Assembly: GCA_030295235.1 (NCBI GenBank) | Contig: AP026172.1 | Span: forward strand, 310,001-374,000 | Source: Fistulifera solaris | Lineage: Eukaryota | Reading direction: 5' to 3' | Length of the DNA: 64,000 nt | Shown: one piece after another, positions 48,801 through 61,104 of the stretch | Numbering within the stretch: the stretch's first letter is position 1 | Layout: the number at the start of each line of letters is the position of its first letter | Notes under the pieces: generated by a model | Told to the model about the DNA's origin: nothing | Databases searched by the model: none | Seen by the model: the letters and a program-made list of their open reading frames with translations, nothing else | Position numbers and translations under genes: made by a program

Positions 48801-50543
48801 CTAGCGTTTTGCGAACTTGATCTGTAACGGGGTCGAACGGTTTTGCAGAACTCGCTTCCGTCTCGCGAAACCTATGGGTGCTCTCGAGCTTCGTAGAGGA
48901 GGAGCAGAGATCGATGGAGGCGCTGCTTGATCCGAAGCATGAGACTCTTGAAGTTCCACCCCGAGTCGTTTGGCAGCTTGTAGTATGTGTGCAAGCTCTT
49001 GCCTGACTTCCAAGCAACTTTGCAAAACAGCACTGCGACAAGCTTGTTCCACCTCTGTCATCTGGATGAGTGACATTGTATGCCGATCGTCGTCATCTGT
49101 CTTTTTCCCAACATTCTTCGCTTTCAAGCTGTCTGCCATTGCTAGAGCTTGGGACCAGGCAGAAAGACGTGGCATGTAGTTTACGGAAAGAATGCGAATT
49201 ACTTGATCCAGTGTCTTCTTAATTTCGGTGTGTTGTGGTCTAGATTCGGCGTCTGTGTCGCTAATGTGGAAATCGTTTTTCTCCTCGTCTTTCAAAAAAA
49301 CAGAAACTTCCAATCTCCCTTCATACATACCGCCGGTATTTTTCATGATTTCGAGCGTCCTTTCTACGGCATCCGCGTGAGCGATGTCGTCGTTTACGAA
49401 GCCGTTGATCTCCGTCCCAGAGTCGTCTAGACCTTCTTCCCAGTCAATGTCGTCATCATCTTCCTCAAAATCTTCCGTCCTGGCACTTGGCTGTACTGAA
49501 ACACTGCCATCAACTCGGGGCACCAGAACATCAAAACACTTTTTGGCTTTCCGAATGAGTTTCTGAACTTTCCTATCCATTTCTTCCCATCGCTCCATCG
49601 CTGTATCCCTTAGAAGGCGCAAGGTTGCCATACTTTTCGCCTGTGTTGACTTTCCTTCTACCATATTGTACGAATCTTCCAAATTCAGTACATGTACAGG
49701 ACACTTCTGCTGAAATCGTTGAATAGCCGATATCAAAGTAGGATAGAGACCTCCGTAACCATTGTGCTCTAGATGTTGCAAAAGATCCAAAGCCTCCAGT
49801 TGCCACAACCTGTGAGAACCCTCCAGTTCCTCGTTTCCCGCTGATGCTGCAAGCACATGATCCATCCATACAATTACAGATGCTTTCTCACGACGTCGCG
49901 ACGGGAAACCGTCTTCCTCGTCCGTATGCAGCCACCACGAGCGACAGTCTGCACTTTTTCCCAGTAACATTCCCGCCAAATGCTGTGTGGCCCGACGCAC
50001 GCTATATCGCGCGTGATCCAATCCAATACTCCACAGGTGCTGTAACGCCGACACTGGTACGGAGTAGCTCGAACTATCCTCCGATGCTTCGCGCATTTGT
50101 CGGCTTTTCTTGTCTTTGACACACCGGTGTATCGCAATCAGCCAAGCCTGAGTGCCATCCTGGTATTTTCTTTGAATTTCATTTTCCGTTCTTTTTTGTT
50201 CTTCGGTCGTAGATACATTGTTTCGTGTTGCCTTTTCGACCCGGTGCATGATATTCTGTAGCAGAGAACCTTCTTCATCCTTGCGTGCACTGACAGCTTG
50301 TCGCTGCCTTTCATTGCGTTCATCATCTCTCCGATACAGCGTTTTCGATGCATAGGCGCCACTTTTCCCAAACAATTTCGCCGTCACTTTAACTGCGTGT
50401 ACATGAAGCGGAATGACTTCCACCGGCAATCCTGGAATGTCAGGTAAGTCGACGCCATATTGTCGAAGCTTCTCTAAGCGCTGCAGCTTCTTTTCTGCAC
50501 CCCTGGGCTTATTCTCTCCCTTTTCCTTTCTCGTCGATGACAT
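48801..50543 (-). CDS. UVSSA-like protein (N-terminal helical/VHS-like part)
   Basis: By-eye similarity to UVSSA: H.RYSVRR..L...L..S..CR, YG.LYP.L, CFDVLVP, acidic stretch, YMPRLSAW. Confidence 0.5.
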   Translation of the reverse strand: MSSTRKEKGENKPRGAEKKLQRLEKLRQYGVDLPDIPGLPVEVIPLHVHAVKVTAKLFGKSGAYASKTLYRRDDERNERQRQAVSARKDEEGSLLQNIMHRVEKATRNNVSTTEEQKRTENEIQRKYQDGTQAWLIAIHRCVKDKKSRQMREASEDSSSYSVPVSALQHLWSIGLDHARYSVRRATQHLAGMLLGKSADCRSWWLHTDEEDGFPSRRREKASVIVWMDHVLAASAGNEELEGSHRLWQLEALDLLQHLEHNGYGGLYPTLISAIQRFQQKCPVHVLNLEDSYNMVEGKSTQAKSMATLRLLRDTAMERWEEMDRKVQKLIRKAKKCFDVLVPRVDGSVSVQPSARTEDFEEDDDDIDWEEGLDDSGTEINGFVNDDIAHADAVERTLEIMKNTGGMYEGRLEVSVFLKDEEKNDFHISDTDAESRPQHTEIKKTLDQVIRILSVNYMPRLSAWSQALAMADSLKAKNVGKKTDDDDRHTMSLIQMTEVEQACRSAVLQSCLEVRQELAHILQAAKRLGVELQESHASDQAAPPSISAPPLRSSRAPIGFARRKRVLQNRSTPLQIKFAKR

Positions 50544-50979
50544 TTTTTATGGGTGAGTATTAGCAATCAGCAACTACATCTATTACAACAAAAAATTTTA
50601 AAAATGCAACACGACCAAACGCTACGGTGTCAATTTTGCCACGACTGATATTCAGTCATGAGGATTCAAGTCGTTAAGGTTGGGGATTCTGGCTTTTTGT
50701 ATGACGTGGATTTTGACGATTGACGCCCCGTCCCATCGTGACACGTCATCCGAGAGGAAACTACGCAGAGTACATACAAAGTAGTACCAGGTACGTCAAG
50801 CCCCCGCACACTAAAAGTCACGATTGCGCGAGCAACAGAACCACTCAGCACCATTACACTTCATCATCCTATTGTTATTCTCATTCCTTTTCAATCACAA
50901 AACTCAAAACGCATCAAACTTGTTCCGCTGCATTTGCATTTACTCATTGGTACTACTGAACGCAACACAAGCATTTTAG

Positions 50980-51543
50980 ATGATGATGATGATGACAAAC
51001 CGTGCCGCACTATTTGCTTTCGTAGCTTCCATGCTGCTCGCGAGCTCCTCTGCTTTTGCTCCGCGTCCCTTGACGGTCACTCGTACTCGTATTGCGCTGG
51101 CTGACCCGTCACAAACCATGGAAAGTTCGAACAATTCACAAAGCGCTCCTTCTGTTACGTCTTCACTGGGTGGTGAATACATACAACGCACCGCCATCGA
51201 AACTACACCACCACCACTCACCGAGGACAAGAATCCGGCGAATATGATGCAACAAATCAAAGATGCCGGAAAGGCCGGAATCATTTCTTATGCCTTGTGG
51301 GAATTGGGATTCTGGTTCATCAGTATTCCTTTCTGTCTATTTGCCTATCAACAAGCAACGGGTCACTGGCCGGATCTCTCTAACGCGGAAGACACGGCCA
51401 AGTTGGGGGCCGAAGCCTTTGCTTTTGTCAATTTTGCTCGCTTTGCGGTTCCTCTCCGCATTGGCTTGGCATTGAGTACGACGCCTTGGATTCAAAAGAA
51501 TGTGGTAGACAAATTTGGCAAAGAGGAAAAGACCGAGGTTTGA
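50980..51543 (+). CDS. plastid-targeted membrane protein (DUF1279/FAM210-like)
   Basis: Canonical SSA-FAP presequence; AGIISYALWE..FARFAVPLRIGLALSTTPW. Confidence 0.8.
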   Translation: MMMMMTNRAALFAFVASMLLASSSAFAPRPLTVTRTRIALADPSQTMESSNNSQSAPSVTSSLGGEYIQRTAIETTPPPLTEDKNPANMMQQIKDAGKAGIISYALWELGFWFISIPFCLFAYQQATGHWPDLSNAEDTAKLGAEAFAFVNFARFAVPLRIGLALSTTPWIQKNVVDKFGKEEKTEV

Positions 51544-51743
51544 AGACATGGCAATGCCTTTTTTATGATAATGCACCACGAAATACCAACAATTGTACTA
51601 CTGACACGAATAACTACTATTTAGAGATTGATTACACGTAGAGACATATAATATTGTTTTCGTCAATCTTGTAACATCGAGCGAGAAAACCCCTACAGAT
51701 GAGCAACGTACTTTCTTGTGACCCCCCGTTGATGAGTGTCGCA

Positions 51744-52787
51744 TTACTTCTTACTCAATCGCTTCTTCACCCAATCAACCACCAGACTCATGCACTTTTC
51801 TGCATCAGGATCCGCGAGCAGATCGTGGTAGGCTCCATCAATTTTATGAAACTCGCGATCGGCCTCGGGGGTCGATGCCGTTTTCAACATGTACTCGGAA
51901 CCCGTGATGGGAACACCGTAGTCATTCGTACCGTGTAAAATACAATACGGGACGTTCAATCCAGGAATGGCTTTGGAGCGAACTTCTTCGAGGGCTACCA
52001 CCAAGCCGACGGCGGTACCCAAACGAAAGGGAATGCCACTGCCGTCAATGCCCATTTCCACAAAGCGTTTATCGGTTCTCAATGCCAGCACCTCGGGATC
52101 GCGCCAAATACGATCCGCGCTGATCGGATTCGGCATGAAGAATGGTCGCCATTGGGGATACATGGGTCCGAGGACGTAACGGAGAAGAAAGTACACGGGG
52201 TACGGGGGGAGATCTCCAATAATTGCTGGGGCCGTGAGAATGATGGAATTAAAGTTTTTGGGACCCGTCGACGGATTTTCTTGAAACTTTTTGGCCGCAT
52301 GAATGGTGAGTGTGCACCCGTATGATTCTCCCATGAGGAAAATGGGGATAGTATCACTGTGTTTCGAAGCCACCAAATTGACAAAGTTGATGTAATCTTT
52401 AAGGTTATTTTCCCAAGTTTCCGGAATGTAAAAGCGTTTTCCTTCCGAGAAACCATGGCCGTACAAATCAAAAGCATAAGTTGCGTAACCTTCCTTTAGA
52501 GCGGCTTCGGCTTGTAAGGCTGCGTTGACCTTGCGTCCGTCTTTTAACACAAACGCCTTACCCGAATGCGTCGAAATACCGTGCATAAAGACGATAATGG
52601 CCTTGGGTGACTCCACCGGAACCCATTTGCGATAATGCAGCTTTGCTTGGTCGACAACCGAATCGAACCAGCCGTGTTCACATCCCGGCATGGTACTCTC
52701 GAGGGCGTTCAACTCGTCCTCCGTGGCGAACTTTTCCGTCGGAATGTCAATGTCTCGTTCGACGCCGAACACTTTGTGGGTCACCAT
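51744..52787 (-). CDS. Monoacylglycerol lipase / lysophospholipase-like alpha-beta hydrolase
   Basis: FMHG, DLYGHGFSEG, nucleophile GESYG, LHGTND, YHDLL. Confidence 0.88.
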   Translation of the reverse strand: MVTHKVFGVERDIDIPTEKFATEDELNALESTMPGCEHGWFDSVVDQAKLHYRKWVPVESPKAIIVFMHGISTHSGKAFVLKDGRKVNAALQAEAALKEGYATYAFDLYGHGFSEGKRFYIPETWENNLKDYINFVNLVASKHSDTIPIFLMGESYGCTLTIHAAKKFQENPSTGPKNFNSIILTAPAIIGDLPPYPVYFLLRYVLGPMYPQWRPFFMPNPISADRIWRDPEVLALRTDKRFVEMGIDGSGIPFRLGTAVGLVVALEEVRSKAIPGLNVPYCILHGTNDYGVPITGSEYMLKTASTPEADREFHKIDGAYHDLLADPDAEKCMSLVVDWVKKRLSKK

Positions 52788-53510
52788 GATCGTTGGTGCG
52801 AGCGATAATAACGCGAAGATGATTGTTACTTGAATGTTTGTTCGTTGGCAAGTAGATCGGACTTCTTCTGCATCGCTTATTATTCGAATGAAACTGGCTT
52901 TTTTTTCTTTTTGTTTGGATTTTTGGATACGGCTTCACTCATGACTGGACTGGGTTCAGTCCTGTGTCCGAAGTGTGTTGTTGCTATTTAGGGCGAGAAC
53001 TTGTAGAGGCATCCGTCGTGCAATTCAAATGCTGCTAATAAAATCAGATACAGGGTACAAGGTGAAAGTGATAATTGATGTTTTTTTTGCCAAAAATGCA
53101 AGAAAAGGGGGGTCAAAATATCAGCAGCGGTCGGGCTTATCAAAAAATCACGGTTCATGACTGAGTTTTGTTTCACATGAGTTTCGGAGATGAAATTATT
53201 GAGTTGTTGCAAACAGATCTGATGATTATTCACTGCTTTCGGGCAAATACTGCTTGCCAAGCAATTTAACCATTTTAGAGAATTGGTAGCAATCTTGTTC
53301 AAAAGAATCATCATCCACACACGGCAGCTCGGGACTGAACGAGAAAGAGTCGTGTTACCTTCAGCGCGATCGTACGGTCGCCATCCGCCAAACTGGTAGC
53401 GTCGTTCGTCGTTCGTAACCCCCACAAAATTCCACACTTTTTTCTTTTTCTTCAAAGAATGGGAGGACAACAAACAAGAAACAAGTAATGCGTTCAAACA
53501 GTCTTTGAAC

Positions 53511-54608
53511 ATGACGGCAAATATAACAGCAATAGAAAATACAGCAGCTACGATAGAGCCCGCGAATGCGAAACAGTGTGCACAACAGGCTATTGCCAAA
53601 GCTCTTCTCGATCATGCTTCCGACTTCACGGCCACCGATTTGTTGCGCGAGTTCCGGCGCCAATCGGAGTTATTGGGAGAGACAGAACGGGTTCGAGAAT
53701 TGTTGATCAGTGATCCTTTCGAACATTGGAAGGAAAATGAGAGTTTGGCCAAGAAGATTGAACTTCTGGGAGAGCGTTTACAAGTGATAGAAGTCCATCG
53801 TGTGGCGACCTTGTCAAGCTATTCCTTCATCGATGCCGTGGTCGAGATTCCCAAAAAGACGCCATCGCAATCGGAAGAGCGAAAACGAAATGTCAAGGAG
53901 AAGTTGAAGAAAAAGATGGAACGGTGTACAATTGACGATCGATCGTCGGTAAATCAGAACAACACGGCAGTTCCCAAGATGCAATTAGTCTTTCGCTACG
54001 AACGACGCGCCGAGGAGTCGATTGCGAACACTGGAATGCACCGAGTTGATCCAGGAATTGATTCTCCAACGGTTTGTTATTCGATCGACCTTACCAATGG
54101 ATTGGGACCGGTACAAAGACTCTTATGGGTGCAAGTATGGGCCGACGGACACCTTCGTACGGAACATTTGACGCCGGTGAATCTAGATGAGGATGGTGAT
54201 GTGGATGGTTGGGAAGACATTGATGAGGAAGAAGACGAAGACGAAGACGAGGGAGTGGATAAGGCACCCGAGCAAAAGCGACAACGGAGGGATGACGACA
54301 AGGCAGGACAGACAGCAATAAAGGAGCAAAGCGAGCCAATGCAAGTCGAAACTCTAGAATCAATGGCTGAACGAGCAGATCGATATGTGGCTGGAATTGA
54401 TCCTGAGGTGCTACAGCTCTTTGTCGAATGGATCGGATTGGGGGCCAATTCAAATGAGGAAGTATCCGATGTTACAATCTTCTTTTTACTAATGACTTTT
54501 CCGTTCTTTGAGCACGAATGGGATATCATTGGATATCTTTTAGACAGCGTATTCGGCTCTGCCAGTGAGAATGGTGACGACGGGGAAGGTGAGGACAGTG
54601 AAGAGTAA
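53511..54608 (+). CDS. hypothetical acidic protein
   Basis: Long uninterrupted ORF ending in FFLLMTFPFFEHEWDI; no family recognised. Confidence 0.65.
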   Translation: MTANITAIENTAATIEPANAKQCAQQAIAKALLDHASDFTATDLLREFRRQSELLGETERVRELLISDPFEHWKENESLAKKIELLGERLQVIEVHRVATLSSYSFIDAVVEIPKKTPSQSEERKRNVKEKLKKKMERCTIDDRSSVNQNNTAVPKMQLVFRYERRAEESIANTGMHRVDPGIDSPTVCYSIDLTNGLGPVQRLLWVQVWADGHLRTEHLTPVNLDEDGDVDGWEDIDEEEDEDEDEGVDKAPEQKRQRRDDDKAGQTAIKEQSEPMQVETLESMAERADRYVAGIDPEVLQLFVEWIGLGANSNEEVSDVTIFFLLMTFPFFEHEWDIIGYLLDSVFGSASENGDDGEGEDSEE

Positions 54609-55404
54609 GAAGTTGATGATAAAATACGAGTTAAACATAATGCCCTGAGTTGCTTCATTCTCGGCTTCTTTCTTATCGATGTTTCTGTTGGTGATCGTCG
54701 GGATAAAATCGAATCAATTGGTGGAATCTTGTTGATTAAGAGCAAGATTTCGGTATTTTTAACTTTGTTCGAGGTATGACATTTAACGTTTTAGGCGCTG
54801 ATGATTCAGAAATTTGGTTCGATTGGTTTTGCGTGCAGTTGGAGACTTCTAACTCAGTGTTTTTGCATCAAGATTCTAGGGCTTACATAAGACGACAAAC
54901 CGTACATGAAGTCTCGAAGCACCAGTGGACTCCGGAGTGGTTTTGATTAAGAAATAGTTCTCATTAGACAAACTTTTTAGATAGCAAAGGTAAGTTCTGT
55001 TTTCCTTCTTCATCGTTGAACAAAAAGATGCTGGATTCTTAATTTATTCTTTAACAAATAATAATTGTGGTCTGCTTCGACCATTATTGCGCTACGTCGA
55101 TATATCTCTAACCTTATCAAACTTTTTCGCCTAGCGATGAGTCGTCGCACGCGACGCCACGACCACGAAACCTTCATCGCGGCACCGTTTTTGTTTTAAA
55201 TGAAGGAAGCAAATATAAAAATAACTTTGATATTACAGGTTAACTCCTATCGACGTTAATGATTGACTGGAACTAGATGAATCAGTTCATTATAAATGCA
55301 AAGTGTGATTGGTTACTTGACAAGCCGCCTTCATGCCCTTATTTACCCGAAAAGCAAAGGTCTATCCGTGTTCGTTACTGCTAACAATCATCATTTACAA
55401 TAGT

Positions 55405-56745
55405 ATGATCGGACGGCATGTCACACATCCTTTGACACTTCGACAAATAGCCTGCTTGCGAAGAGGAGTCTCATTTCGACTGGCTTCAATGCAACCATCC
55501 GTACAACATGAAGAATCACCGAAAGAAAAACGACGCAAACGATTCATTGAACAAAAGGATTACCGAAAGCGGTCGATCGAGGCCAATTTGCGACCACATA
55601 CCATCCATACGACGGTCATTCCTTTCAAGCCTTGTCCGGATTGCCGCCCAATTTACAGAATTTTACCGTCTTGGGTATTGAAAGTAGTTGTGATGATACC
55701 GGGGCGGCGGTCGTTCGGAGTGATGGAACCATCTTGGGAGAAGCCTTGGCCTCGCAATCTCATATTCACGCACCTTGGGGCGGGGTCGTTCCTGGCCTGG
55801 CCAAAGAAGCTCACGAAGCTGAAATAGATCGGATTGTTCAAGAAGCCTTGGAGGCAGCGGGGATGACATCGGCCGCCGATGTCGATGCGATTGGTGTCAC
55901 TGTCGGACCGGGGTTGGAGATCTGTTTGCGGGTCGGGGCCACCAAGGCACGCGCCTTGGCGGTCGAACATGAAAAACCCTTTGTTGGGGTCCATCATTTG
56001 GAAGCACATATTTTGATGGCGCGATTGCCGTATGATTCTGCGTCGAAACAGCTAGGATTCCCATTCCTGGCACTTTTGGTGAGCGGCGGACACTGTCAAT
56101 TACTGAAATGCACCGGTATTGGTAATATGACGGTATTGGGCGGTACATTCGATGATTCCTTGGGAGAAGCTTACGACAAGACAGCACGACTGTTGGGATT
56201 GCCCGTCGGAGGTGGAGGAGGACCGGTTGTGGAACGATTGGCGAGAGAAGGCGATCCTACCGCCATTCCCCCTTTCGGTACCATTGCAATCGAGGAAAGA
56301 TCTGGACTTCTCTTATTCGGGATTGAAAAGCAATGTCCGACGCGTTGCGGAGAGATTGGCGAAAGAAGGAGGCGTCGAAACACCCGCAAATTTACCTCAT
56401 CCGATCAAAGCCAATTTGGCGGCTTCCTTCCAACATGTCGCCATTCAGCATGTCGAACAGCGATTGCGACGCGCCATGATACTATTAGAGGAAGAAGAAG
56501 AAGAAGGCATTCGTTCCTTGGCACTTGTAGGAGGGGTCGCCGCCAATCAAGTGTTACGAACCCGCATCGAAGGCTTGTGTAAGCAGCGCTCGTGGGATTT
56601 ATGGATCCCCCCGCCTCGTTTGTGTACCGATCAAGGTACGATGAGTGCTTGGGCCGCGATTGAACGTATCCGAGTCCAAAGTACCGATGATCCTACGATA
56701 CCAGACGTATACGCTCGCTATCCTTTTGCGCAGCCGTTCTCTTAA
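55405..56745 (+). CDS. tsaD: Organellar tRNA t6A threonylcarbamoyltransferase (TsaD/Qri7/GCP1); frameshifts at about 55620 and 56270
   Basis: VLGIESSCDDTG, GGVVP, VTVGPGL, HHLEAH, LVSGGH, DDSLGEAYDK, FSYSGLK, GGVAAN, CTDQGTM; Arg-rich presequence. Confidence 0.92.
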
Positions 56746-56863
56746 AAAAAAATATGAGAATGAGTAACAGAATGATCAACTGAATTGCTAAAAAAGAGAG
56801 ATTTTTTTAAGATAGTTGAAAGACCATTGATTAGAATATAGTCAATAGACACTGGATGAGCCA

Positions 56864-57169
56864 TTACATCATGGTCACTAGTTTCCGCAACGCCGCGACG
56901 ACTAAAGTTTCCCCCTCCGGCAAATCCTGAGCCACTTGTCGTAAGGTCTTTTGTGCCATTTCTTCCGTAACTTCCAATTCCGAAACAATAAGATCAATAT
57001 CTTCTTGAGCAAACGCAATACCGGTATCACAATTCGAAGCAGCTTGAATTTGGTTGGAAGAAAAGGAACTGAGTGCTTGTTGGGCTTTCGCAATGTCGAC
57101 TTCTTGTTCTTGTACGACGTCCGTGACGGAATCCAATTGTTGGGCTTGTTTGGCTTCGCCTGTGGCCAT
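56864..57169 (-). CDS. HYPK: HYPK-like (huntingtin-interacting protein K) UBA protein
   Basis: LDSVTDVVQEQE..EDIDLIVSELEV...A...LR..VVAALRKLV. Confidence 0.8.
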   Translation of the reverse strand: MATGEAKQAQQLDSVTDVVQEQEVDIAKAQQALSSFSSNQIQAASNCDTGIAFAQEDIDLIVSELEVTEEMAQKTLRQVAQDLPEGETLVVAALRKLVTMM

Positions 57170-57483
57170 TTTTTTAAGTTGAAAATTGGTTGTTGATTAT
57201 GTAGACTATAGAAAATGATTGTGCAAATGGGGTTTCGATGACAACAACAACAACTATATAAAGAAGTGGGGTCGGCGAGGAAATCGCGAAATAATAAAAG
57301 CGTGCACAATAAACGAAGCGTACAATTTGTACTGCAATCGTATGCCTATCGTCCGTTTCACCGAAACATGAAAGCCATCAAAAATCATAAAATCGCTAAC
57401 GTCGCGGCCATTTTTTTAGATAAAATCGGTCGTCGCTATAGGAACTTGTGATTGTGTTCTTCATTTGGCAGATAACAACAAAT

Positions 57484-59878
57484 ATGACAATATACAAAGC
57501 GGTCCCTTTATCACTATTGCTCGTCCCATGGACGCAAGGGCTGTTGATTGTTCCTGCTCCGTCTCTTCGTACTCAAAGTTATGCGGGACGTTGTTTCGCG
57601 ACCCCCGATGTCACATCCACCCACCGAAAGTTTTCAAAAGGAGAACACCTCGAATACAGGATACGTCGTCAGTTGAACTGATGCAAAAGTGCAATCAGTG
57701 ACAACGCTCTCTTCTTCACACGGTGAACCACAAGGTGCCTTGACGGAATCATCATCACCGGCCCTTCAGAGTGAATCGTTGCTGCGCATGGTATTAGAAA
57801 GCCAATCGTCGCAACAGGCAGAGTTGAAAGTTACGGAGTACGATTTTGTGAACTTATTTCAGCTATGGGAAGATGTATTGCCATCTGTTGGATCCATCTC
57901 TCAGTTGTCGCGTCGGGATACGGCGTTCAGTGAGCAAGACAAAGAGAACATGATACAAGCCGGTTATTATACGCAACAATTAATTGAGGCATGGACGGCA
58001 CTTTATCAAGAAGGTCGAATGACCGCCGCACCCTCCATTACAGTACTAGAGCAAGTGATGCGCATTCTTTCATCGGCACGAACCAAGGGAATGGATCGGG
58101 CCTGCCGGACTCTGTTTGATGATTGCACTGCCATATTTCATCATTCATGTCCGACATTACCCATGTACCATTCTTTGATTACGGCATTGAGCAAAAGCCG
58201 CGACAAGGGAGCCGCACATCGCGCAGAAACCTTTCTGCGTCAAGCGGCTGAACAGTTTCCCCGACTCTTCACGGCGATGGTATTACAATTGATACATTTA
58301 ATGTCGTCATGACCGCATGGGCGAAAAGCGGATTCCAGTATGGACCCGAACGAGCCGAGAAACTTATTTATTTGATGGATGAACTTGATCAGCAGTATTT
58401 GGGTGGAAAAGGGATCTTTCGTCCCAGTGTTTCGAGTTTCACGTCACTGCTGGATGCGTATGCACAAACGCTGGAGTGGGACTCGGTCAGTCAAGCCGAA
58501 CGGATCTTCAATCGATTACTGGATGAATATTTGGAAACGGGTCAAAGGGATCTCGAACCGAATGTCGCGACCTGGACCATTGTGCTGAGTGCGTGGGCCA
58601 AATTGTCGCGCAAGAACAACCGCGGAGCCGCGGTACGGGCCAATCGATTGTTGGAAAGAATGGAAAGCTTGCACAAGGAAGGGCGCATCAGTTTTGGACC
58701 AGATGCGATTGTATACATTTCTACCATGAATGCCTGGGCCTTTTCGAAAACGACGGAAGGTCCACAGCGTGCTACGGATATTCTTCTAGAAATGTACGAG
58801 CGGTATTTGGACGGTGATAACACGATGACGCCGTCAAATAAAAACATTCGTGTCGTCTTGGAAGCGTGGATAGGAAGTGAACAAGGGGATGCTATGGAGC
58901 AAGCAGAAAAAGTGATGGATGCATTTGTGGATCATTTGGATGCCATGTTATCGAGTATAACGCAAGCGGAAATGTCGGACGAAACAGTGCGGGAAGCTGT
59001 ATCTGATGTATATCGAACAATGCTATACGGTTGGTCAAAGCGCGATAAGCCCCGACAGGTATGTTCATATTACATGATCTTCTATCAAAGTTCTGGGGTA
59101 TTGCTAACCCCTGACGTCGGTAATTTTTCAGGCTTACAACTATTTGCTCGACATGGTAGATAACAAGTTGAACATTGATTCATTCTGTTTTGATCGTATC
59201 ATTGAGACGAACAATCGATTGAATGACAGCGGCGCCATTGCTCGTACAAAGGAAGTTTTTGACTTGATGGAGAAATGTCGAATCCAGGGATTGCTAAAAC
59301 CTAACGAACGGGTCTACAGCTCGTATATTCGGGCCATGGTCAAAGCCACTGTACCAGATGTTGCTCCCAAGACTTACGCACTTCTCAATCAGATGAAACA
59401 GATCCATTCTGAGGGTGATAATCAAGGAATTCAACCAACGGTATTCACTTACAACGCCGTTCTCATGGCTTGTGCCGCGACATCAAAAGAGACGGACAGC
59501 CAAAAGAAGGCAGACGCTTTTAAAATTGCGATCAATGTATTTAATGAACTACGAAACGGAAAGGGAGACCTTGCCTTCGATCATGTTTCGTTCGGAAATC
59601 TACTCCAATGCGCCAATTTGCTGCCTCAAAGTGAACAAAGAGATTCTTTGATTCGTTCCACATTCGCCTTATGCAGTAAAAGTGGTTTTGTGAACAATTT
59701 CGTTCTTCGTGATTTTCAATCCGTTGCGTCGGACGAATTATGGGTCGCCACCATGAAATGTTCCCCCGACACGGAAGTAAATGTCGATCGTCTACCGGCT
59801 TCATGGCGACGCATGACACAGCCCAAGCAGCCCGCAGAGCAAAGGTCACGGGAGCCGTTCCGGAAGTCTAGACGATGA
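57484..59878 (+). CDS. PPR-like helical repeat protein (intron about 59059-59131; frameshifts at about 57680 and 58260)
   Basis: PSVSSFTSLLDAYA, PNVATWTIVLSAWAK, PDAIVYISTMNAWA, PTVFTYNAVLMAC; signal-like N-terminus. Confidence 0.85.
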
Positions 59879-60007
59879 GATTTGTGTTCGATTGTTATAA
59901 ATGAATAGTAGAGACTATTCTGCTAGACTAGTTGGTTGTCGCTTTATAAACTGCAGAAAGAAGCTGGCTGATATTTAGTTTGCGATGAAGCAACCGCTTC
60001 GTTTATT

Positions 60008-60612
60008 CTAGAGCAACGCCGAAAATGGATTCGAGCGTTCTTGGAATGAATCATCATCACTCGAACTATTTTCTATCAAAGTCTCCGATAATGAATCCTT
60101 CAGATAACTTTTGCGTTCATCCTTTTCAATCAACAGCGCGGTTATCCTTTGTTCATGAGCAGTTGAACTCTTCTGCATGGTTTTCTGAGCACTATTAGTC
60201 GATGTTTCTCTCATTATTTTCGCCTCTAAAACACAATTTTCTATCGAATATCGCGACTCCTCTCCGCTACTTTTCGGAGACCGGACTCGTACACGAATCT
60301 GATTGCTTTCTAATAAACCTTCCTCGCGGCACCTTTTCAGAACCCACAAGCGGCGGTTGTTGAGAGAAAAAAACCACGGCTGCCCGTCCTCTCCGATGGG
60401 ACCAATTAATACTTGGATGGGCGGTAGATCTTCCGGTGTCATTTCACGTCGTCGAATCGACTCCAGAGTTTCTGTAACACTCCGTCCGCATCCGCTGAAG
60501 ACAGGACGAATACGAGAATGCTGGAATCGAACGCGTGCAGGATCAACATAGATGAAGTCCGCGTCGGCGTTGCCGTTCTTTTTCGTGCTTTGGTTCTTTT
60601 TCTTTTTGCCAT
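60008..60612 (-). CDS. conserved hypothetical protein, ParB/sulfiredoxin-like motif (frameshift at about 60580)
   Basis: DPARVRFQHSRIRPVFSGCGRSV..LPPIQV..FSLNNRRLWVLK. Confidence 0.65.
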
Positions 60613-61104
60613 TCTATTAAGGGGAGATGTATGATCCTCCCGATTTTGTAAAGGATTGATTTGCTTTCTTGATACTGAGGCCATTCGTTTCTCAGAAATA
60701 TGCGAAGGAAAAAAACGTTTGAGCGATTCTCCTTTGCGTCGTTCCAATCTTGTTTCCGACTGAAAGTTTTTGATACGACACGATGCGGAATGCGGACAAT
60801 ATTTTAGCTAAACACAGCGCTGTTGAGTCCTCGCTGCTAATTGGTATCTATAAAAACATTTTGTTGTAGTCATTTTTGTTGAGGGGGATGTTATCCTCGC
60901 TCATTTGCCCCTTGGAGGCATTTGCATCTACAAACCCAACAAAATACAGCAAAAAAAGGAAAAAAGATGAAGCATCGATTTTAGTACATCATCTTCCGAG
61001 TATACATTATGATGAAGTAAGAAATCTAAGATGAAGAGTGTGGAAAATGAAATGGTGGGCCAGAGTTGAGACGGCCAAAAGCAAAAATGGTATCTTTAGC
61101 TAGG

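Noticed and set aside
52988..53599. 203-aa minus-strand ORF
   Set aside because: Overlaps the start of the plus-strand gene and AT-rich intergenic DNA; no protein-like features
54077..54745. 222-aa Ser-rich antisense ORF
   Set aside because: Mirror of the Asp/Glu codons of the sense gene
34583..56745. Functional cluster of tRNA/Pol III genes (SEN, Maf, RPC4, TsaD)
   Set aside because: Spread over more than 20 kb among unrelated genes and different compartments; chance is sufficient
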